The notes beneath the pieces were generated by a model, which searched no databases, had not been told where the DNA came from, and saw only the letters and a program-made list of their open reading frames with translations. Shown piece by piece: positions 36,080 to 47,563 of a stretch of 64,000 nt of DNA (positions within the stretch are counted from its first letter, which is position 1; every line of letters starts with the position of its first letter). The stretch is taken from positions 63,118,001-63,182,000 of the forward strand of contig NC_045696.1 of assembly GCF_009834535.1 (NCBI RefSeq), read 5' to 3'. A program made the translations under genes and the position numbers. The stretch is from Camelus ferus (taxonomy: Eukaryota).

Positions 36080-37242
36080 TTTCTTTTCTTTTTTTCCTTT
36101 TATGAATGTGTCAGTGAATTTTTATTTCCTACATAAGACTGGCATCTTCATAAACTCTCAAGAAAGAAACATTATAATATTATTTCAGATACACTTTAAA
36201 CATAGGTTTCATTGTATAATATATACTTCTCTCTCTTTGGATTTTATTATCCATTTACAATAAAATTCTCCTTCTGTGAAGAACCCAGGCTTTGCTGTAA
36301 TATGACAAGATCACAGCATTTGACATTTAAAATTTTTGCAGTTTCCTTCCAGTACTGAAAATCAAAAAATACGATATATGACTATTTTTTATGGTGACAG
36401 AAAAAGAATTCTGTATCAATCATTAAGAAAAAGAAGAGAGATGTCTTAGGCGTGTTTCAAGACTAATTTTGCAACATTTCCAAGATTCTCTCCACTTCTT
36501 TTTCTGTCCCTTCTTGATCATCCTCCTCTACATCTTCCAACTGTGAGGGTTCTACTCTCTTCCACTTTTGTTTTTTTTCTGACGTTCAAGTCAATACTTT
36601 GGCAGAGAAGGCTCTGCCTTGAAGAACAAGAGATTTGGTGCCATGGTGACTAAAATCTCTTAAAGATGTTTACCAGTCCTGTCCGGTATTATTCCAAAAG
36701 TTATCATCAGGTGAGAGGGACAATCTTAGACAAGACAGAACTTCAAGGAATGGTGCTAAATCAAGTGACTTAGAGCACATCTGATTTGCTTTTACTTTAC
36801 CTAACTCTGAAAGCCAAACGAGGCGCTGGGCATCCAGGACCGCTTCTTTTGGACCGGACACTTCATTCAACAGCGTATTAACTTCAAGTGTCTCAGTTAA
36901 TCTGGAGAACTCAGCATACCCACCCAATTCCATTATAAAATTCCCACTCGCTGTTGGTATCGGTGGCAGAGGGCAGCGCTCTCCTCTTCCTGGTCCTCGG
37001 AGTCTTCAGCTCTGATTGCAGCAGGGCTTAGTCCCTGTCGGGGGTCAGGGGCGCTCCCCCAGTCCTCACCCTCCACTGGGCTCCTCACGACCGTCCTGGT
37101 GGGGCAGTAAGTGGTCTCCTCAAGCTGCAGCGGGGAAGGAGGCCTCTGTTCGCACTGGCAGAATTGAATCCCGGCTCCTACTGGCTATCTCTCCGGGGGA
37201 AAAGCCGCCAAACCGCAGCAGCTTGCCATTCACTAAAACCAT
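36080..37242 (-). pseudogene. Intronless NSMCE4A/EID3-family retro-pseudogene
   Basis: Collinear - strand segments EESAALCHRYQQ, LTETLEVNTLLNEVSGPKEAVLDAQRLVWLSELGKVKANQM, FKAEPSLPKY*LERQKK, PSQLEDVEEDDQEGTEKEVERILEMLQ and IDT/NSFSVTIKN match recalled NSE4A/EID3 motifs; stops and frameshifts; AATAAA (36126-36121) plus A-rich tail (36101-36080). Confidence 0.88.
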
Positions 37243-37321
37243 TGCCTGGGGACTTCCGGGAAGGGAGGAAATGCGCGGCTTGGTGCGTTCGCACTGCGCA
37301 GCCTCCGACTCCGCGAGTCCC

Positions 37322-37412
<91 letters not shown>

Positions 37413-37495
37413 GCGCGCGCGGGTCCCGGCCCCGCCGCCCCGCCGCCTTCGCGCCCAGGCCTCGAGGGAACTGCCGAGGGCGGCTCCTAGTATGC
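37160..37495. promoter_or_regulatory. Second CpG island; probable promoter 5' of the retrocopy
   Basis: CpG-dense; ETS/GABPA site CCGGAAGT (37259-37252, - strand); TGCGCA at 37295; GC boxes after the repeat. Confidence 0.7.
37325..37411. repeat. Pure (CCG)29 / (CGG)29 trinucleotide repeat
   Basis: 87 nt uninterrupted, followed by (CG)n. Confidence 0.97.
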
Positions 37496-39529
37496 GTTTG
37501 ACACCAATGGTTTTTTAAGGTGATAATTATAAGATTATTTTACCGTTCCTGTTGTATTTGAGTTCGTTCAGCATCCTTTGTGGTGTACTGTAAAGCATTC
37601 TCTTCTTTGTTTTAAAACTTATTTAAAATGTTTTTTTTAAATATAGTGCAGTTACACTTTTTTTTTTAAAGTGAACAGATTGTAACAAGGTTTATGAAGG
37701 AAAGCAGCAGTGTCCTGCTTTCACGCATTTTTTTTTTTTTTGAGGCCACCGGCTTTAACTGTTTTTGTTTGTTCTAGGAATTTTCTCCTTTAGGTTTGAT
37801 TTCAAATATGCTTTCCAGCTGTACTTTTCAAAGATTATACTTTTTTTTTCCTTAGCTAGATTATCTGCAACTTGCATTAAGTAGACTAATGAGACAGCAC
37901 AGCTAGGACTGGGCAACTGGTGTATTAAGAACTGTTTGTGAAAACTGTATTTGCATCCTTCGAGTTGCTATGGAATCCGTGCCAGGGCACCTTCGAACGC
38001 CGCTGTTCCTGAGCTAGCTTTCAACTTCTGAGTCCAGCCCCCGCCAGCTGATGTCTGCTTTCAGGGTAATTGGAGAGGCCCACTCCCCTGGTCTGAACTT
38101 GACCTTGACTTTCATCAGGGTGTCCTAGTACTTGGAGCGTCTCCAGTGCAAGTCTGTGGGATTTTCTAAACCGGCAGCTGGAACAAGGGGTCTCCTCCAG
38201 TGCAGCCATTGCAGTCTTTCCCAAAGCAGCCTGATCACGTATGAAAAGAGCTATCCCATAGGGCTTTCCTTCTAACCAGCAATGCACTTTGGAATAAGTA
38301 TGTCCTAAAGCTCTGTGGGTGATATCTATTCAAATAGATCTGGGCAGGGCCTGGGAATCTTTAACAAGCTCAGTTGATTTCTGAGAACACTGCGCTAAGG
38401 AAATTACTTTTAAAGCTGATCTATTTGTATGAGATGTTCTCATAAAACTATTTACAGTAGCACACACAAACACACACAACATGATAAGGACCCAAAACTC
38501 TACTTGTTGGGAAAGATTAAACATTATACTTTTATGAAGAAATACTATTTTGCCATTAAACCTAAAAGATCATAGACCCAGAGACTGAAGAACAGAATGG
38601 AATTACCTGGAAATTATCTAGTTGGTGCCTGAATGGCTTGCTTATTCTCACAACATGAATTGCCAGTTCTAATTTTGTAAGAAAAATCTGCGAGAGACAA
38701 TGTTAAGTAACAAAAGTAGAATACAAGAGAGTGTGTGCCACTGTTAGGAATTGTATTTAAAACATTGTTTACTAATATCAGATGAGTCTTAAAAGTCATG
38801 ATGAGATTTCCTGTGTAGTAAAGGGATTATGTTGGTTCTTGTAGTAGTGGTTTCTTGACTGTGGAAGCAGTTAAATACATTCCCCAATTTAAAAAGATCT
38901 CCCCCTGAATTCCCTTTCCTTACAGGTTTGCAGTATAAATCTCTGGTTCCAAGAGAAACCCCTTGGCTCAAGCGGCTGTAGTTCCAGTTCATTGCCAGTC
39001 ACATTCCCCAAGACCAAAGAAAGGTAAAGGGAGACCAAATAGCAACGACTCCCAAACCAGGGGAAATAGGCAGGACCGAGCCCCTGAGAAGACATGACAT
39101 CCAAGTTGCTATTTAAAAGCAAGGCAGGAAAATTAAAAGGAAAGAATTTTTTTTAAAGAGTTCTTAGTATGAGTAAGAAAAAAGGCATATATATATAAGT
39201 AACTCTGTCAGGGATATATTTATCAATATTATGCTTTTTAATAGTTTTTGGTGCTTTATAAACTTTTTCAATTGATATATCTATTATATAATCAGACAAA
39301 ATAAGCTTAAGAAATTTTATAAAGAAAAGATTATAAATACATACATGTTTCCCTCAAATAACATTCACATAAACATTAGAAAGGGGAAGTTTGTAACTAT
39401 ACTGTGTATTGTGCATGGATTTTTCATCTTGCTCTCTGTGTGTATGTAGAAATTATATTTCCTTTATACTTTTCAGTATTTTATACCTTGTCTGTAATGA
39501 GTATTTCTTTCTTAGGTAAAAACAAAGTG

Positions 39530-40865
39530 ACCCACCATAATAATAATTGATCAGCAAGGACCTCAGTAGTTGCTAAAAGCATGTGAAAGATTATTGGGAA
39601 TAAGATATTAACAGAGCGTCAAAATACCAATGACAAAAATTGAATTAACAAGCTAGGAAGAAAAAAAAAGGGAAATTTTTGGAGCCAGTCTGAGGACTAT
39701 AATCCAGGAAACAGACTCTCAGAAAGTTCTGAGAATGTTCTACCTGTTAGAAGTCAAAGGCACAGTCATATACATTTTCAAGACAAATGATCGTACATCA
39801 GAATGACATACTGATATTTTACGTAAAGGTCACCAAGGTTACACAGTCCAGGTAAGCACGTACAAAGCAAGCCGCAAGTCACCATGACCCCGACAGCGTT
39901 GCGGAAGAATGCTGTTCTTTGAAAAAGTTACATTACTAGCGTCAGAAGAAAGAGGAAAAAAAAAGATCTTTACAGTTGAGCAGGCACTCCCATCTTTGAG
40001 AGGTTCTGGTTAATGTGTAATGCAGATGCACACAGGGAGGGAAGGAGAGGCCCAAATGGACACAGAGAGAGAATTTTATGTTTAAATTTTCTTATCCTGC
40101 CTTAAAATACAAATTTTATTTCATCACACCCACAAATCACTTTGTTGATTACAAATGGAAATGGATGTCTTTACAATGGTGAACTCTGGATGTCACCATG
40201 AGGGGAGTACGAGGCTATCACCTTGGCCAAGTCATCAAAGTCTTGTGACGGGACAAACTGACATCGTGTGCCTCCTGTTGTGATATCCTGATCAGGATAT
40301 GACATCATCTGTGAAATACTCTTGCTGGATATTTTAGTTGGGAATCTATTTTTGAGGAAATAATCAGACAAATCCAAATTGTGGGACATTCTGTAGAACA
40401 ACTACCTTGGATTTTTTTAAAATGTCAATGTTGTGAAAAAGAAAAAACTAAAGGACTGGAGAACTGTACTGGTAAGAACGGCCTAAAGGGAGGTGAGGGA
40501 AGCTATCTGGGATTATTGGGACAATTGAGGATGTTAGAATATGTACAGTGTATTAGCTAACATTATCATTTCATTTTCTTGAGAGTGATAATAGTATTAT
40601 GTTTGTATAGGAGAACACCCTATTCTTAGGGTATATACGCCAACTATTTAGGAGAGAATCATCATGATTTGGCAACTTTAAAATGATCGGACAGGGAAAA
40701 ACAGTTTATATTTTTCAGGTATATACGTATATGGAGAGAAAGAAATAAAACAAATGTGACGAGATGGGAACAACAGATGAATCCAGGTGAAGAATATAAG
40801 CATATTCATTATATTATTCTTGCAACTTTTCTGTAGGTTTGACGTTTTTCAGAGGAAAAGTTGAG
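39530..40865 (+). mobile_element. Old L1MC-like 3' region, interrupted by an LTR
   Basis: 'aatcagacaaatccaaattgtgggacattct', 'ttcttgcaacttttctgtaggtttga'; split at 39631-40128. Confidence 0.65.
39631..40128. mobile_element. Probable solo ERV LTR nested in L1MC
   Basis: TG...CA termini; 4-bp near target-site duplication ccaa/ccca; host L1 sequence rejoins across it. Confidence 0.6.
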
Positions 40866-43800
40866 AGAGAAAGTACAGGAGTGAAGACTCACAGTCAGCT
40901 TTACCAAGAGGTGGGTCTCCATCACCCTTGCCTGGAGAGGACCCTGAAATCCGGGGGCTTTGTGAAAGGAAACAGCTGGATTGCTAGGGACTGTTTTTCA
41001 AGCCGCTTCCCTGAGCAGCTGGCTTGTGAGCCGGCTAATTGTGGGCCGATGTCAGGCCACAAAGGGTGGACAGATTCCAGGTTGTCTGGTACTGAGAGAA
41101 AAATAGGCCCTCTATCTTAGACAGCCCTGATAAGGCGCCTCCATGGATATGAGTAATGGTCAGACCCAGGGGATGAACCGTGGCTGAGAAAGCTGGACAA
41201 TGGAGAGCCGGGAGCACCGTGACAAGGAAATTCTTCCCCTGAATTGCCTTTTCCTATTGAGATAAGATAGTCCTCAATAAAGCGCCAGGCTCAGAAGTGC
41301 TGCCACCAGTCCCAGTGGGAGCGGCCGGCACTCAGCCCTGAGCTGCAGCACGTGAGTGCCTGGTGCTGTCAGCACCTGGGTGGTGTCTCAAGGACTTAGT
41401 CTGCCCTGTCGCATAAGGGGCAAGGTCAGTGAACTCAGGCCCAGATGACCTGGTAGCCGGTCCTGATCCCACCACTCAGCAGCTCTGAGACTGATCCTGT
41501 TATTCTCGTTCACAAAACAGATGTTTAGTTCCCTCCTACCTGACTTACTGATGGGCTGCGAAAACTGAAAACATCCCACGAAAGGGTTCTTCAACTCCCA
41601 AAGGCCATCGAGATTTCAGTTTTTATCATTACTTCCTAGGCAAGAAGAAATTCATTTTGTAGCTTTCCCTCTTTCCAGGCCCAACTCAACCTGGATGTCT
41701 TTGAGGCCCTGAGTACATTTCTGTTACGAGGTTGTATGAGTAAAACCCCTCAACCTTCTGAGGAGATAGGATGGAGATGTTTTGAGATGCTCCACTTTCT
41801 CCTGAACAGCCAGAGGGTGGCTGAGGATGTTCCCCCTTTGATATATCCTAGCCGGAAAATAGATCCCCGCAAGCAAGCGGTGACTTACCCACGCTGTCCC
41901 GAGTCAGTGAGTCAGTGCTCCGGCTGAGTGAGCTGCCAGAGTGCTGCGAGGAAGGGGAATCAGGGCCTTGACTCAGTCCGGGATGTCTGTCTTGGCGTCT
42001 CAGGGGTGGTAGAGCAGAGCCGACAGAGTGGAAAGGGAGCAGTGCCTTTGGCTGGTCTTCAGAAGGAGAGGATTGAGCTAGTGGGTATGTGCTACAGAGC
42101 AGGAGTGTAACTCCGTGCAAGGGAGAACTTTCCTTTGGCCCTGTCCCAGCTGCAGTGATTGCAGGGGGTTCCCTGGTACTAAAGTTATTCCACACAGCTC
42201 CATCACCCCTCCCCTAAGCTGTTTTGGGGAAGACATACCATTGACCACAGTTGGATCAGATGATGTTCCAGGGCTCTTCCAGCCTTAAGAATCTGAGCTC
42301 CTTTTGTCTAGCAGTGACTCTAGATTAACCCATCTGCTTCCTAGTCATGTGACCTTGGACATGTTTATTTGCTTTTTGATCCTTAGTTTCCTCAGATGTA
42401 AAATTAGATTATTAACACCTACCCTACTTATCTCACAGGGGTGTTACAAGCATGAGCACAGATAAGAAATGATGCCTGGAGAAACTGAAACATTCTCCCC
42501 TGTCTCTCAGTCCTCTGCCCACAGTTCCTGGGTGACCAGGTGAGTGCCTGGATCCCATGGGTCAGAGCAAAGGTCACAAGTTCTCAAGGGGTCAGCACTA
42601 AATCAGATTTCACTGGCCATCCTCTGTCCCTAGTTTGCCCTTTGCCCTTTCTGGCTTCTTCATCTGTCTTTACACGCCTGTCTTCCTTTGCCTTATGCTC
42701 ATTCTACTAGCGCTTACTGAGAGTTACTATGTCCCTGACACTCTGCTGGGCCAGAGAGCTTGGAAATAACACTGGTCCTGCCAGCGTTTCTTGCTTGGTG
42801 GGAGGAGAACACAAGGGAGGGAAAAGGTTGGCTGTGCTCTGGGGGAGGTTGGTGCTGGGGCTCACAGGGTGCAGGCCTTTGGGGACAGGGAGGCTGGGGA
42901 GGGCAGGTTGGACAGGGGAAGTCTTCACCAAGAATAAGAGGTTTGAGCCTGACTTTAAGCAGATAATTTTCCAAGTAAAGAAAGCAAGGGGGCGGCTTAA
43001 ACAAAGAGCTCGTGGATGTGAGTCCTGGGCCATGTGTTCTTGGCTTCTCTGTCCCCGTGCTGAACCAGCTCCTTCCCTCTGGTTGGCTCCCACAGGCAGC
43101 TTCCTTCTAAGCAGAAGGATTTGGAAACTGGGAATAGTTCCTGGAAACACTGCTGCCTCGTGGTTGGGGGCTGTGAAATATTACTACGAATAAAGGCAGT
43201 AATTCTCAGTGCTGTGTGCCAGGATCAACTGGGGTTAGTTTAGGGTTTTGTTTTAAATTCACATTTCCGGGCCCCATCCTTCATGTCCTTTCATTCAGTA
43301 AATCTGGGATGGGACCCCTGAAGTTGGTGTGGTTGGCTTTCACAAAATTGAAAGTAGAAATATCGTCCCATCTTTGTTTTTCTAGTTCCTCACTAAAGAT
43401 TGCACTTGCTTTATTGCCGGAAGCTCAGTATCCCCCAGTCAAGAGTCCCACCTAGCTTCAATTTTCTGGGAACCCTAAAAGCTTGGAAGTTCCAAAAAGG
43501 GAAGGAGCTGTGGTAGGATTAGGTGGGATGAGTCCGGCCTCTGTTTCCAGAGGGGAGAGGGTGGATGGTGAGCAGTCCACTGCTTATCTTCCTGGCGTCT
43601 CACTTTCCTCATCTGTGAAATGGGAATAAAAACAGTTCCCACCTCATCAGATAGTAGTGAAGGCTAAAAGAACACAGAGAACACATGAGCACGTAGTAAG
43701 CGCCCAGGAAACAATGGCTATTGTTATAGAGGCAGCAAGGCCTGCCCGGGAGTTAGGGGTGTGGGCTCTGGAGCCAGACAGCCTGGTTCACAGCCTGCCA

Positions 43801-46800
43801 GCTACTCTCCCTATAAGCTCTGTGCCTCAGTTTCCTTTTCTGTACAAAAGAGGTGACAATAACTCCCTCACAGCACTGTTATTAAATGAATGAATAGATG
43901 GATGCTGGGCAAACCACACCAAAGAAATACTAGCATGTATCAGGACTTCTGCTGTGACCTCTTGCTGCCTGGTAGTGTCACTGTTAGAATCTGGTCCTAC
44001 CCCCTCCCCATCCTCAGCTGGTGCCCACCGGTGCACCCAGCAGCTTTTCTGGTCCAGCGCTGGCCCTGGGAGAAAGGGCCATTGCCTACCTCCTTTCCTA
44101 ACCATATCCAGGGGAGACATGGTCTCCTAATACAGCAGTTCACCGACGTAGCCTCCTCCCAGGTCACCAGCTGGCCCGCGATGCTGAGTCAGACCCACTT
44201 CCAGCCCCACCATCTGGTGGAGCCAGAATCTCCTCTCCCACCTTCTTCCCAGTAGAGATCCACACTAGGGTTCAAGCTTACTTTTACTTTGGGGCCTAAA
44301 GCATCTGAGTACATCCCTTACCCCAGGGAGGCCTCTCTTTTAAAGGAAGCTACCAGGGTAAGCCATGGGGTCCCCATACCCCACTTTGTTCAGAAGGCTG
44401 TCTGTCTTCTGTTGCACTAAGCAGTTGGCCCTCATTAGAGAGTTAGCCAGGAGATTACCAGGTGCCAACACATACCCATCTGGTGGCACCACTGCTAGGG
44501 TTTCTAAAGCACTTTTTTGCTTGTTAGAGAAGAGAGGAGAAATCCCACACATCTAATCTCTGCTTGGAAAACACATTATATGTAAATTAGAAAAAAAAAA
44601 ACCCACGCATTATTCTAACATGCAGCGAGTATAGAATCACTAAAGTAAGAAGACGGAGACTTGTGGTTATTAAAACTCACCTGTGCCAGTAGGAGGGAGG
44701 CTGTGGGCTTATTCCTTGGAGGCTGCCATGCCTCAGAACATTTTGATCCTACAATATCGGAGCTAAACCTGTCCCTAGAGATCAGCTGGCTCAATGAGTC
44801 CCAAACTCAGTGTGCAGCAGAATCACTGGGGTGGTCTGCCTATTATACAGATTCTCAAGTCTTGCTGATTCTGGAGGAGTGGAGAGGAATCCCAAATCCT
44901 AGTGAGATGCCACAGGAAGGGACCCTTGAGGAGGGTGCAGGCAAAGCAGGTTGCCCACACAGTGATCCCTAAGCAGGGGGTTATGAGAGGCAAAGGGCTT
45001 CTCAGGGAGGCTCAGACAGGAGGGACTTGTCATCAGTGCAGTTCTCAAAGTCAGAGCTCACATCTCTTGCCAAATAACACACCCCCTATCTGCCTATGGA
45101 GGCAAATTTCCAGTGGAAGAAAATGTATGACCCAGGTGAGAATCCCAATATCAGAACCCTCCGTGGGAGCGGAGGTGAACCCTTGGGAATGCAAGGCGGG
45201 AACACAATTGCTACTAGTGGTCAGCGAGGAAAGCCTTGGGCTCCGATGACCTCATGGCTCTTTTCTGTCGCCGGTGACTGGACACACCCTTCCCCTCTGC
45301 CCACCTCCACCCACAGGCATATCAGACAGATGACCACATGAGCACAGGGGAAAAGTGTTCCCCATCGATAACACACATTCTCACGTGCCCCTGCTGCCAC
45401 CGCCTCATCTCTCAAATGCCCCGAGACATCGGGCTACGCAAGCCAGGGTGAAGTCAGCGGGAGCGCTCTCTCCCTGGAGGCTCAGGAAGTTTGGAGAAGT
45501 TGTATAAAGGCAAAAGCCTGATGGTGCCTTGAATTTTTTGTGTGAAACCTTTAGCTCTGACAGCTCAAGTCACATCTGCCCCCTGGCTCCCTGTGCCAGT
45601 TTTTGTTTTTCTGAGGAGCACTCATTGTAAGAGGTAAAAGAATATTTTACCCTATTTCCCCGGAGGGGTCAGCAAGGCAGCCTGTCCAGCCATGGAGCAG
45701 GCAATTGCTGAAACAAACTAGGCTCAGATGCTGTGGACTCCAAAGCCCACCCCTCCGAAGGCATCTCTCCCCTGCTCTCTGCATTCCAGCAGTGACCCCA
45801 GGGTGTGTCTCCTTACCCCCTGAGAATGCAGTTAGTGATAGAGAACTCAAATCAAAGGGCCAGAGCCTCCTGGTATCGCCATTCCCATCAACATGCCAGA
45901 GGATCACCCAAAAATGTCCTTTTCCCACCCTGTCAAGCTCTCAAACCTCTGACCGCTCCCCAAGCTTCCCCGGCCTCCTCCTTGGCTAAATATTTGGGAG
46001 CTGAAACAATAGCCTTACTGGAGCACTGGGGGGCAGTTACTGGAAAGTCATGTGATTATCCGAATTGCACCAATTTGTCAAAGACCATTTTCCTTTCACT
46101 CAGCACCTCCCCCATGATAAGATAGGGTCCCCAGAGCACAATAATCCTTTCCTGAGATACAATGTAGAGGCTCCTGGGAAAAGAAACAAAAGGGAGGCTA
46201 ATTTTGGCTTTTCTGGGACTAAAGAAAAGCCGGCAGGCAGGCCCCATCCAGCTCAAGGAAACCAGGGTGGGCCTGGTTGCAATGCTCCGGGGTATCTGCT
46301 GGGGTCCCCGGGGGATTTGGAGAACAATGCAAGGGGGAAGGGCGATGGGAACAGAGCCCTGGCCTTGGACATGGTGGTGACCAAAGCCTTGTCCAGGCTC
46401 TGAAGAGGTCTCTAAAATGACAGCCCATGGCTTCAGACTTGAATTTTTTAAAACTGTAAACTCCTCACCACTCCTCCCCAGCTAAATTATTAAGGAAAAA
46501 GATTTGGACGCCGCAGTGGTCTTCATGCTCTCCAGGGCTCTGTGAAGCCCCTACAGTTGTAGACAAATGTTGGTAATCATCCCACTTTTTTCCGGGGCAA
46601 GAGTCCTTGGCGTTCCTCTGGTTCTCAGGGATCTGCCATCCAAAAAATGATGTGCCCCTCTAGGCAGGGGCTCCCTGCCCAGGCAGAGCTTCTGTTCTTT
46701 GTGGCAATGCTGGTCGAATTTCCATGCACATTAGAATTAGCTGGGTGTCTAGTTAAAATGTAGATTCTGATTCCTTAGGAGCCTGTGTTTCTGACGAGCT

Positions 46801-47563
46801 CTAGCTGGTGTGCAGAGGCTGCTGGTCCCAGGACCACAGTTTCTTTTTTTGATGGCAAGCAGTGATTCTCTCACCCAAGCCTGGATCATGGTCCCAGTCT
46901 TCTAATGGATCTCTAGTCTCCCCTTCCCTAGGGCCACGGGACCTCAATGCACATTTCTAGTCATATTCTTCCCCTCCTTAAAATCTTCTGTGTGCTCCCC
47001 CACCTCTATGTTAAATGAAGACATGTCAGAATCCATCAGCAAGGTGTCATCTTCCTATATTTTCTCTCATTGTATCACTTCTTGGGTATAATTCCATCCG
47101 TGCTAGATTCCAAAAGAGCAAGGACTTGGGAGGTAGGGGGTCAGACCAATGTCTGAATCCTGTTCCTGCCATTGGTAGCTTGCTGACCATCTGAATTCCA
47201 GTTTCTTCATATGTAGAATGGGAATGAAAATACCTACCTCATTGAGTTATCATTAGGAGCAAATTAGATCATGTACATAAAAACATTTAGCACAGTGCCC
47301 GCACAGCAAATGCTCAACAGCGGTAGCTGTTGTGACTTAATCATAATGTGCCCAGCGTTTCGTTTGTCACGTGATTCCCTGCTTGGGTTATTCTCCCAGT
47401 TCCCCTTCTGTGCCCATATCAAATGCCACCTCTTCCTTAAGTCCTTCCTGACCCTTTCTAATCACCATTCAATCCTTCACCTCAATTGTAATACTGTGGG
47501 TGATTTCTTTCTGCCTACAGCAAATCCCCACCTGGTTTTGGGCACATATTAATAACAGTCTCT

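Noticed and set aside
37016..37501. Poly-Pro and poly-Arg ORFs on the + strand
   Set aside because: Translations of the (CCG)29 repeat with non-ATG starts and no homology; the recognisable coding signal is on the - strand
42707..43193. Overlapping 147-aa and 154-aa ORFs
   Set aside because: No homology recognised and no supporting splice or promoter context
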